Shown here piece by piece: positions 9,941 to 18,188 of a DNA stretch of 64,000 nucleotides. A program made the translations under genes and the position numbers. The stretch is from NCBI GenBank assembly GCA_963796455.1, contig CAWCLO010000001.1, positions 320,001-384,000 on the forward strand, given 5' to 3'. Position 1 is the first letter of the stretch. Every line of letters begins with the position of its first letter. The notes beneath the pieces are model-generated. The model saw only the letters and a program-made list of their open reading frames with translations, searched no databases and was not told the origin of the DNA. This DNA is from Candidatus Sulfomarinibacteraceae bacterium (GTDB taxonomy: Bacteria; Acidobacteriota; Thermoanaerobaculia; Thermoanaerobaculales; Sulfomarinibacteraceae).

Positions 9941-10279
9941 ATGATGGACAAAGAAACGATTTACCGAATCAGCTTTTTCAACCAGGGCGAGGTCTACGAG
10001 GTCTACGCTCGAAATGTCGCTCAGGGTGGCCTATTCGGTTTTATCGAGATCGAAGACCTGGTATTCGGCGAACGTTCCAAACTCCTGATCGATTCCTCGG
10101 AAGAACGTCTCAAGACAGAGTTCGATGGTGTTCGGAGAATTCACGTACCACTCAACGCCGTGATACGGATCGACGAGGTGGAAAAACTGGGCCGCGGTCG
10201 CATCACCTCGGGAGAGGGCAAGGTCACCAACTTTCCGATGGCGATCATGCCTCCAGGGGGTAAAAAAGGCGGGTCCTGA
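9941..10279 (+). CDS. DUF1820 family protein
   Basis: YRISFFNQGEVYEVYA...GFIEIEDLVF...EERLKTEF...IRIDEVEK. Confidence 0.8.
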   Translation: MMDKETIYRISFFNQGEVYEVYARNVAQGGLFGFIEIEDLVFGERSKLLIDSSEERLKTEFDGVRRIHVPLNAVIRIDEVEKLGRGRITSGEGKVTNFPMAIMPPGGKKGGS

Positions 10280-10320
10280 AACCCGTAGTCCCTCGCTTCG
10301 TACATTCAGGCGGAGACCAG

Positions 10321-11016
10321 ATGGCCATTGAATTCAAGAAAATGCTGTCGCGTTGGTGGACCGAGTGGATTCGCTCCGTCCTGCTGATCGTGCTTGTTAT
10401 TACCTCCTTTCGATCTGCCATCGCGGACTGGAACGACGTGCCATCCGGGTCCATGAAACCGACCATCTTCGAGGGCGACAGAATTGTCGTGAACAAAGTC
10501 GCCTACGACCTCAAGATTCCGTTTACCACGCACCAGATATTTGCCTGGGAAAACCCGGCGCGAGGCGACATCGTGGTGCTCTACTCACCCGCGGATGGCA
10601 AGCGTCTGGTCAAACGGGTCGTCGGTCTGCCCGGCGATGAGGTGGCGATGATTGACGATCGTTTGGTCGTCAACGGTGATTTCGTGTCCTACGCACCGCT
10701 GCCGCCGGGCATGGTCAACGGACAAACTCCGGACGGTCAGGGCAAGGTCCTCGCCATGGAGACCCTCGGCGAAAAAGATCACGCCGTGATGGTTCCCCAC
10801 GGCGCCCATTCGTCTCCGATCTTCGCCCCGGTCACGGTCCCCGACGATAGTTATTTCGTCATGGGTGACAATCGCCACGAGAGTTTCGATTCCCGTTACT
10901 TCGGCTCGGTGGCACGCAAGAAGATCGTCGGCCAGGCAACGATGGTTGCAGCCTCGGTGGATCCCAAACGCAACTATCTGCCGCGGTGGGAGCGCTTCCT
11001 CCACAAACTGCAGTAG
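10321..11016 (+). CDS. lepB: Signal peptidase I
   Basis: VPSGSMKPT, RGDIVV, VKRVVGLPGD, MGDNRHESFDSRYFG. Confidence 0.95.
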   Translation: MAIEFKKMLSRWWTEWIRSVLLIVLVITSFRSAIADWNDVPSGSMKPTIFEGDRIVVNKVAYDLKIPFTTHQIFAWENPARGDIVVLYSPADGKRLVKRVVGLPGDEVAMIDDRLVVNGDFVSYAPLPPGMVNGQTPDGQGKVLAMETLGEKDHAVMVPHGAHSSPIFAPVTVPDDSYFVMGDNRHESFDSRYFGSVARKKIVGQATMVAASVDPKRNYLPRWERFLHKLQ

Positions 11017-11305
11017 CGGAGCACTCGATACTGGATGCTGGATCCTGGATCACTGCTGTCCAAAAGAGATTGTCATGAAGTTACCCACCTGACAACACGC
11101 GGTGAACGGGTTGGTTTTTGGCATATCCGGTTGGCGGTTGGCACGTACCCGATCCCGATCCCGTATAGCAGCGGCAGCGACAGGGGCCAGCGTCAGCGAC
11201 AGGCAACAGCGAACAGGGACGGCGAAAGACAGCGATCAGCGATCAGCGATCAGCGATCAGCGATCAGAGTTCAGCGGCAGCAATCAGGTTCAGCGACGGC
11301 GTGCC

Positions 11306-11436
11306 CACCTCCGGGTCGTTCAACAAAAGGGGTAGCCGGTGGGCGGCCGATGTCAAGGACAGGCAGGGTGCAGGGCATCCTTGACATCGGCCGCCACACC
11401 GGCTTTGTGGGAATGGGCAAGAACGACCCGGAGGTG
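11306..11436 (+). promoter_or_regulatory. Conserved long hairpin sequestering the GGAGGTG ribosome-binding site of the four-helix-bundle gene
   Basis: CACCTCCGGGTCGTTC/GAACGACCCGGAGGTG (16 bp), GCCGGTG/CACCGGC, GGCGGCCGATGTCAAGGA/TCCTTGACATCGGCCGCC (18 bp); also in copies B and C. Confidence 0.75.
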
Positions 11437-11439
11437 ACC

Positions 11440-11793
11440 ATGTCCTCAGCCGCTACGAACACCAACCTCGTTGCCCACTCGAAAGCCCTCGAAGCAGCAG
11501 GAATCGCGATCAAGCTGGTGATGAGGGTTCCAGCTCCGTTGAAATCGATAGCCGATCAGGTGATCCGGTCGGCAAGTTCAGTCCCTGCGAATCTGGCAGA
11601 AGGCCACGGCCGATTCGGTAGAGACCGGTTGAACCATTGGAGAATCGCCTACGCCTCAGCCAAAGAGGTCGACAGCCACTTGCAGCTCCTCGCTCATGCC
11701 GGGGCGATCAGCTCGAACGGAGCGAGTGAAGCGATGAACGCCTTCGATCATGTCCGTGCGATGACCTGGCGGCTCTTGAACCCGAAGATGTGA
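11440..11793 (+). CDS. Four helix bundle protein (23S rRNA IVP/TIGR02436-like), 117 aa
   Basis: DQVIRSASSVPANLAEG...IAYASAKEVDSHL family motif; GGAGGTG RBS. Confidence 0.9.
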   Translation: MSSAATNTNLVAHSKALEAAGIAIKLVMRVPAPLKSIADQVIRSASSVPANLAEGHGRFGRDRLNHWRIAYASAKEVDSHLQLLAHAGAISSNGASEAMNAFDHVRAMTWRLLNPKM

Positions 11794-11927
11794 GTGCAGT
11801 CGCTGCCCCGGCCGCTGATCGCTGTTCCCTGCCGCTGCTCACTGTCGCTGGCGCTGGAAGCTGTCGCTGCCGCTGCAATGTGGGCACGGACTCGGGATCG
11901 GGATCGGACGCGGGCGGGAGTACCAGA

Positions 11928-14201
11928 CTATCGGGTTGCAGCGTAGCGGGCGAGATTCTGCCAGAAAGTGAAATTGGTCGGCTGGCCGCCCGGGCTGACG
12001 AGGATTCCCAGATCACCGAGGCCAACCACCTCGCCGCCGGCATCACCATGCTCGAGGTGAATTGCCATCAAAGCCTCACCGACCCGAGCAAGCGCCGAAT
12101 AGGTCTGATCCACCGCGATCGAGCTGCCATTGCCTTCGATCAACCGGAGTGCCTCGACACCTTCCATCAACGGGTGGCCGGTAACGGCGGTCGCCATTGA
12201 TGCAACGAGGTCGCCCCCGAATCGAATGCCAAAGACTTCCGAGACCGCGTTGATGTCGTCTTGATCTTCGTTGTCTTCCCGGACACGACCAAAAGGGCCG
12301 AGACGGGCGGCGGCATTGGTCAAGACGAGCAACCCGCCGTCCCCTACGTAATCGGCCAACACCTCCACCTCGTCGCCGGTCCACGACTCGTCGTAGAGAT
12401 CTAGATCGGAGTACAGGTTGGGGAAATCGTGAACGGGAAGCACGACCACAATCTCCGCACCTACGAGGTGTTCCGCCGTCAGGGCCTCGCCGTAGGGCAC
12501 CAGATCGACATCGAGCCCCTCCCAGGCAAGGATGGTCCCGAGATCGGTGAACAGATAAGGGGCCATGTGCGGGCTTTCGGTGTGGCTGCCGACAAAGACC
12601 GCCCGACCTGAAGGTGCGGGCGTCACCCGCAGATCCGGAAGGACACTTCCGGTATCGAGGGCTGCCGACAACATCACCGCGGTCAGACGTTCGAATTGTT
12701 CCGATTCGGCTCGCGCATGTGCAACGGTGTCGTATGGTGTGTGCCAATGAGCGGTGTAGTGGGCTGACCCGATTTCGTCGATGGCTGGAAAATCGAGATT
12801 GTCGATGAGGGCGTTCGGCACGTCATAGGGAATGAAACCCGAGATATCAGATAGCAGCCAATGGAAATCCCAGGTCAGGGAATCGTCCCCACGCTCGGCC
12901 GCCTCGTCGTGGAGAAAATCCGGGAAAGGAAGGGACGGGTCACCAAGCCTGTCGTAGGACCACGATTCGATATTGACGGGGTTGTCGAGGCCGTTGAGGG
13001 ATCGCGCCAGACCGTCCATTTCGATCATTCCCAGGGCCCGGTCGAGCAATTCCTGGTGGGTCGATGCAAAAAAAGGTGACCCGAAAAGCCCCCTCTCTTC
13101 GCACCCGAACCACACGAGATAAACATCCACCGGTGGAATCGTGTGACTGCGGTTGAGCACCCGCGCAACCTCCAGCAAGGACGCGGTGCCCGATCCGTCG
13201 TCGAGGGCGCCGGGGCAATTCGGCGAATCGTGATGGGCGGACAAGATGGTCGCGTAGTCGGAGTTCCGCCCGGGAATTCTCGCCACGATGTTGCCGGATT
13301 GACCGGGGGACACGATGTCGGTGTCCCATGTCATCCGGGCGCTCGCTATGGTTTCGAGATCCGCCATTGAAGCCAAACCCCAAACACCCATGTCTTCGAT
13401 CTGCGCGATCAGGACCGGAATCGGCGGGTCCGCCTGATAATTACTCAGAATGCTGGAATCGCCGGCAAACGAACCGTGACTCTCGCCGACCACGAGCGAA
13501 TCACTCGTGACCGCCACCAGACCGAGAGGTCTCGCGGCAAAGACCAACTGAGCGCGATTGCTGGCCTCCGTCGATCCTGCGACCATCCGGTCGATGAGGG
13601 CGTAGTCGAGCACCGCGATGCGCCCTTCGAGATCTCCCTCCGCGAGCAGTTGGAGCTCAGTCAGTTCGGTGATCACTTCCACCGGGCCGGCGGCGGACAC
13701 CGGGTTCGGGCTGCTGTCGTTGAGCGATCCATCCGAATCGTAGAGCCGCGTTCGGCTGAGATCGTAAGGATGTCCGGCGATCGCGTCGGCGGGCACCTCC
13801 CGAAAGATTGCTTCGACTTCGATTTCGAGGAGACTGCGGTGAAAAACAACGCCTGCGATGGTTCGATAGGACTCTCGTTCGACCTCGAGACCATGGTCGA
13901 CCAGGAAGGCAAAGCTCTGGAGTCGCTGCTCGAGATAGTTCAGCGTTTGTTCGTCACCGGCGCTGCCACATGTCCTCCAACCCGAATGGGCCTCAATGGA
14001 AGTCAGATCCTCGAGGTATCTAAGAAGACTGGTACTGGAGACAATTTCGAAGGGGTCAACGGCGGGGATTAGGCGATCGCCGGCCGGCCGGGGCTTCACA
14101 GCAGGCGTCATGGTCCCGAAGGCCCGTTCCTGGCTCGATCCCGGGACCGAAATCAGGCCGGTGAGCAGCAGAAGGACTCCGATTCGCAGCTTTCGAATCA
14201 T
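11928..14201 (-). CDS. Secreted M28-family peptidase with additional C-terminal domain
   Basis: SAHHDS, GALDDGSG, EERGLFGS, HWHTPYDT; signal peptide. Confidence 0.85.
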   Translation of the reverse strand: MIRKLRIGVLLLLTGLISVPGSSQERAFGTMTPAVKPRPAGDRLIPAVDPFEIVSSTSLLRYLEDLTSIEAHSGWRTCGSAGDEQTLNYLEQRLQSFAFLVDHGLEVERESYRTIAGVVFHRSLLEIEVEAIFREVPADAIAGHPYDLSRTRLYDSDGSLNDSSPNPVSAAGPVEVITELTELQLLAEGDLEGRIAVLDYALIDRMVAGSTEASNRAQLVFAARPLGLVAVTSDSLVVGESHGSFAGDSSILSNYQADPPIPVLIAQIEDMGVWGLASMADLETIASARMTWDTDIVSPGQSGNIVARIPGRNSDYATILSAHHDSPNCPGALDDGSGTASLLEVARVLNRSHTIPPVDVYLVWFGCEERGLFGSPFFASTHQELLDRALGMIEMDGLARSLNGLDNPVNIESWSYDRLGDPSLPFPDFLHDEAAERGDDSLTWDFHWLLSDISGFIPYDVPNALIDNLDFPAIDEIGSAHYTAHWHTPYDTVAHARAESEQFERLTAVMLSAALDTGSVLPDLRVTPAPSGRAVFVGSHTESPHMAPYLFTDLGTILAWEGLDVDLVPYGEALTAEHLVGAEIVVVLPVHDFPNLYSDLDLYDESWTGDEVEVLADYVGDGGLLVLTNAAARLGPFGRVREDNEDQDDINAVSEVFGIRFGGDLVASMATAVTGHPLMEGVEALRLIEGNGSSIAVDQTYSALARVGEALMAIHLEHGDAGGEVVGLGDLGILVSPGGQPTNFTFWQNLARYAATR

Positions 14202-14399
14202 CCTTTCCCCCATTACGATCCTCCCGGCAGACGGTTTTTGCGGTTGCTCTTCAAGAGATCATACGCAGCAGCGGCGGTGGGGTTGTGAACCTCACCTGAA
14301 TTCATGGAGACCGGGCGAGCCCGCGGTGACCCGGAAATGCCTCGCCACGAAAAACCAATGCTCCTATCGAATCGCACCGATTGTGCAGCCACCGAGTTG

Positions 14400-15120
14400 A
14401 GAGCCCACAGAAACCCAGAGAAGCTCAGAAGCTATCACAAAGCAGCGCATGTTGCCCGCAGATCACGCAGGTAGACGCAGCTGACAGCCTGATTGCGAAG
14501 GCATCGGCCATCTCTGCAATCGAACGCCTTCAGCGTCGGGGTTTTTCAACGCAAAGGCGCAAAGACGCGAAGGCGCAATGGCCGCCGATCTACTGGATCG
14601 ATATTGCCAAAAGGATAATGAACGCAGAGGCGCAGAGTCGCGGAGACGCAGAGGACTTCCCGGCAAGGCAGATCCGGCATGCCGTTGGCGTGCCGGCCGG
14701 TGGGGAGCGGGGTGACTCCGAGCGCTGGCGATTGGAGGCGCCCCGCTTCTCACCGGCGACTGGCGATCGGAGATCGTCTGTCGATCTGCCGACACTGATG
14801 GCACCCCGTACAATTTCGGCGACCGAGCCTTGGCGTCTTTGCGTTCTTTGCGTTCTTCGCGGTTCATCCATGTGCACGCGAGACGCGTGCACCACCATGG
14901 TGGTGCAGCCGTCCCGGCTGCACTCCGGTCGTCCCTTTGCGATGGCTTCTGTGTTTTTCTGTGTGTTCTGTGGGCCTTTGCGCCAGCCCTCTGTGTTCCC
15001 TCTCTGTGTCTCCGTGCCGCTGTGGTTTTCTTGGTGTGACTCCTTCGTGCCTTTGTGTCTTCGTGTTTGCGACGAGAGCGAGCGCGATGGATCTGCGTCC
15101 ATCTGCGTGATCTGCGGGCG
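14400..15120. repeat. Cluster of several inward-facing inverted pairs of short-period (8-9 nt) repeats around a central hairpin, plus a REP-like doublet at 14872-14923
   Basis: CCCACAGAA.. 14404 vs TTCTGTGGG ~14975; CCCGCAGATCACGCAG 14455 vs CTGCGTGATCTGCGGG ~15103; ACGCAAAG.. 14549 vs CTTTGCGT 14837; ACGCAGAG.. 14622 vs CTCTGTGT ~14990. Confidence 0.75.
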
Positions 15121-15222
15121 GAATTAAAGAGGCCAACCGTTGCTGTCCAACGTTTCCGGCATCACCGAAGAGGCATGTGACTTGCCCAGACACCGATCAT
15201 CGCGATCAAAGAGTGAAGCTCC

Positions 15223-15651
15223 CTAGAAGGTGAGAACGTGCCATCCATCCTTTTGAATATCTGCCAGCAATTTGCCGGCATATTTGACATCGATTCCGAG
15301 CCCGGCAAGGGTGTCCGAAACTCCGTAGAGATCTGCGCAGGCTTTACATGCCACAAGCTCCACGCCTGCCGCCTCGAGCTCCTTGAGTCCCGCCTGAAGC
15401 TCCTGATCGACCGAAAGCAATTTGGCCGACGGGCCCCACACCAGCAACATCACGTGGTCCATCCATTCACGTTTTGCAGCATTGGCGGCGTACATGTAGA
15501 CAAGCTTCAAGGCCACCTCGCGGTCGCCGCTCGTCCAGACGATGCATTGTTTGTTGACGGCGGTCTCAGGGTCGGGTGCCGCATCCTCCGCCGAAGCCGC
15601 GGTCGGTACAACCAGTAGAACGATCAATGACAGCAGTACGAGTCGTTTCAT
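15223..15651 (-). CDS. DsrE-family protein with signal peptide
   Basis: VWTSGDREVA...LLVWGPS...ACKACAD.YGV; GGAGG RBS; ORF-track upstream extension is repeat DNA. Confidence 0.75.
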   Translation of the reverse strand: MKRLVLLSLIVLLVVPTAASAEDAAPDPETAVNKQCIVWTSGDREVALKLVYMYAANAAKREWMDHVMLLVWGPSAKLLSVDQELQAGLKELEAAGVELVACKACADLYGVSDTLAGLGIDVKYAGKLLADIQKDGWHVLTF

Positions 15652-15880
15652 CGAGACCTCCTGCCGGCATGGTACCGGGGCCGGAGGGGGAAAGGGGGAA
15701 AGGGCGCAGGGGGGAAAGGGGGAAAGGGAGAGGGCTGCTTCGCTCGATGCTGGTTGCTGGATGCTGGAACCGCGCACCCTGTCCGGTCCCGATCCCGAAA
15801 GGGAGAAAGGGAGAAAGGGAGAAAGGGAAAAGGGGGAACCACCATGCACTGGTTTCAGATGCATGCGAATGTCGCCTTCC

Positions 15881-16000
15881 GATGTCATCCTGAGCGGAGC
15901 CCACAGGGCGTAGTCGAAGGATCTATGACGCTCACGGGAGAGACCCAAGACCACAGATCCTTCGACTCCGCGCTCGAAGCGCTGCGCTCAGGATGACATC
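15881..16000. repeat. 120-bp palindromic element (copy 1)
   Basis: GATGTCATCCTGAGCG...GTCGAAGGATCT...AGATCCTTCGAC...CGCTCAGGATGACATC; 16-bp perfect terminal inverted repeat. Confidence 0.9.
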
Positions 16001-16238
16001 TTGAACGACAGTCCCGTTCCCGAATGGGACCGTACCCAAGATGGCAGAGGGGCCGAGGACCGCTGAGCATCCTCGCTATCGCTATCGCTATCGGTATCGC
16101 TATCGACCGACTGTGGTGGACACGGACGCCGTTATAGAGGCAGGGAGAACCGTACCGAAGTGATCCACGTGACAAGGAGCAGGTCTCCCTTTCTCCCTTT
16201 CTCCCCTGCGCTCGCCGCCCCTGAACCAGCTTCCAGCC

Positions 16239-18047
16239 TCAATCCAGGTGACCGCGGTCGGAGTCACCCATCTCCACGCCGCCGTCGGGGAAATACTCCT
16301 TCCACCGGCGGGTCACGGTGGCGGCGGTCTCCGGGTCGCAGAAGAGCTCTTTCGGATAAGGTGGTTTGATCCGGGCATCGATGACCAGCGGAGGGGTGTA
16401 GCTGATGTGATGCCGTGCAACCCCCGTTTGCGACGCGTAGATATCGGCCGCGGGCTCGAAGCGGGTGAAGGTCGTCCACAAGAAATTCATCGGGCTGGCG
16501 GCGGCCCGTGACGGTTCATCAGTCAGCACCACCAGCGGCCACTCGGCAAAGGCGGGAGATTCGGCGAAACGCTGCGCCGCGGCGGGCTCGTCGCTCCAGC
16601 TGGGTCCGCCGATAACGAGACAGCCGCCACAAAATGTGAGGACCTCTCCGACGCCCCGCGGAAGCTCCGAAGATCGGAACTCCCGTGGCAAGGTGCGAAC
16701 CGGATCTCCGAGCCCGAGCAGCACTCCCTTCGATCCGAGATTGACCTCCGGGCCGGTGTAATCGAGGGTGTCCATCGAGACATTGGAAAAGACGTAGAGA
16801 TCCGTTTCGGGCTGGGTCCGCTCGAGCACGTGTTCGAGGGTTTTTCGAAAGTCCTTGAGATCCACCGCCCGGTCGGTAAGCAAAAGGAACTTGGTGAGGC
16901 TCAGTTGACCCTCGCCGAGGATCCTGAAGGCCGAGGCCATCGCTTCCCTTCGATAGCGCTGGTGAACGACTGCCGCCGCAAGCGAGTGGTATCCGGTCTC
17001 GCCATAGGACCACAGCGACTGAACCGCCGGCATGACCATCGGAAAGAGTGGCGAAAGGAGCTCCTGCAGGAGATCACCGATAAAAAAATCCTCCTGGCGC
17101 GGTTTGCCGACCACCGTCGCCGGAAAAATCGCATCGCGCCGGTGGGAAATGGTTTCGATCTCGAAAACTGGGTAGTCGTGCTGCAGCGAGTAATAACCGT
17201 AGTGATCTCCAAACGGTCCTTCGGGCCGGAGCACACCGCAAGCCACCCTCCCACTCAACGCGAACTCCGAATCGGCGATGAGAGCGTGTGGGCCCGGGCC
17301 GGAGCAACGCCGAATCCGACCACCGGCGAGCAGCGACGCCAGAACCAATTCGGGCACATTCTCGGGCAGCGGAGCGATGGCCGAGAGAATCAACGCCGGC
17401 GGACCGCCCAGAAAAACACTCACCGGCAGATCCTGTGCATTCTCTTCCGCCCGGGCGTAGTGATAACCCCCGCCCTTGCCGATCTGCCAGTGCATCCCGG
17501 TGCTTCGTCGATCGTGGACCTGGAGGCGATACATTCCCAGGTTGTGGCCTTTACCTCCCGGGTCTTCGGTGTAGACCAACGGCAGGGTCAGAAACGGCCC
17601 GCCATCCTCCGGCCACGAGGTGAGGACCGGAAGCCGGCCGAGATCCACATCCGTGGTCTCGACCTCTCGGACCGCTCCCCGGCCAACCGAGCGTGTTCCC
17701 AGTCTGAGACCCGCAGCCACCAGATCCCGTGCCGCCCAAAATTTTCCGGCGCTCGGAGGAAAAACGCTCTGGGCAAACTCTACCGCCCGGCGAACAAGCC
17801 GGGCCGGGCGAGCGCCAAAAGCCATCTCCGCGCGACGTGTGGTGCCGAAGAGATTGGTCGCGAGGCGGAAATCTCTGCCCTCGACATTTTCGAACACGAG
17901 CGCTGGACCACCGGCGGCGATCACTCGGCGATGGAGTTCGGCAACCTCGAGACTCGCGCTCACGGGTGCCCTGATGGTTTTCAAATCGCCCTCGATCTCG
18001 AGCTGCCTCACAAAGGACCTGAGATCCGGAAAATTCAGTTCTTTCAC
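16239..18047 (-). CDS. UbiD-family decarboxylase (possibly menaquinone/futalosine-pathway type)
   Basis: GGPALVF, TNLFGT, NLGMYR, EGPFGDHYGYY, VVGKPRQED, DTLDYTGP; GTG start at 18047. Confidence 0.88.
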   Translation of the reverse strand: MKELNFPDLRSFVRQLEIEGDLKTIRAPVSASLEVAELHRRVIAAGGPALVFENVEGRDFRLATNLFGTTRRAEMAFGARPARLVRRAVEFAQSVFPPSAGKFWAARDLVAAGLRLGTRSVGRGAVREVETTDVDLGRLPVLTSWPEDGGPFLTLPLVYTEDPGGKGHNLGMYRLQVHDRRSTGMHWQIGKGGGYHYARAEENAQDLPVSVFLGGPPALILSAIAPLPENVPELVLASLLAGGRIRRCSGPGPHALIADSEFALSGRVACGVLRPEGPFGDHYGYYSLQHDYPVFEIETISHRRDAIFPATVVGKPRQEDFFIGDLLQELLSPLFPMVMPAVQSLWSYGETGYHSLAAAVVHQRYRREAMASAFRILGEGQLSLTKFLLLTDRAVDLKDFRKTLEHVLERTQPETDLYVFSNVSMDTLDYTGPEVNLGSKGVLLGLGDPVRTLPREFRSSELPRGVGEVLTFCGGCLVIGGPSWSDEPAAAQRFAESPAFAEWPLVVLTDEPSRAAASPMNFLWTTFTRFEPAADIYASQTGVARHHISYTPPLVIDARIKPPYPKELFCDPETAATVTRRWKEYFPDGGVEMGDSDRGHLD

Positions 18048-18188
18048 CGTCAAAACATAGCATTTCAGTCGTTTCCGGCTCCAGGGAGTACAATAGAAGA
18101 GGATGGAGCGTCCGAGTCTCGTGTTCAGCTTTGTGACAATTGTGCGAACGGTTTCTGGAAATGGGGATTGTCGGGGAGTGATTCGTCG

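Larger units (their letters stand above)
11047..11910 (+). mobile_element. Four-helix-bundle cassette copy A (right end lacks the terminal motif)
   Basis: GGATCACTGCTGTCCAA end, conserved non-coding leader, CAGCGAT x5, hairpin, CDS, inverted TCGCTG-rich tail. Confidence 0.7.

Noticed and set aside
11440..11793. Diversity-generating retroelement (Avd-like four-helix bundle)
   Set aside because: No reverse transcriptase and no TR/VR pair with adenine-specific differences in the window
11047..11910. rRNA gene with intervening sequence
   Set aside because: Flanks are protein-coding genes; no rRNA sequence present
14381..15193. ORFs across the repeat cluster (likewise 352-1450, 32749-33300, 48664-49112)
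   Set aside because: Translations are products of the simple repeats
16830..18188. N-terminal 453 aa of the 1327-aa GGDEF/EAL ORF
   Set aside because: Antisense shadow of the UbiD gene; Arg-rich and non-protein-like; a plausible start exists at 18189
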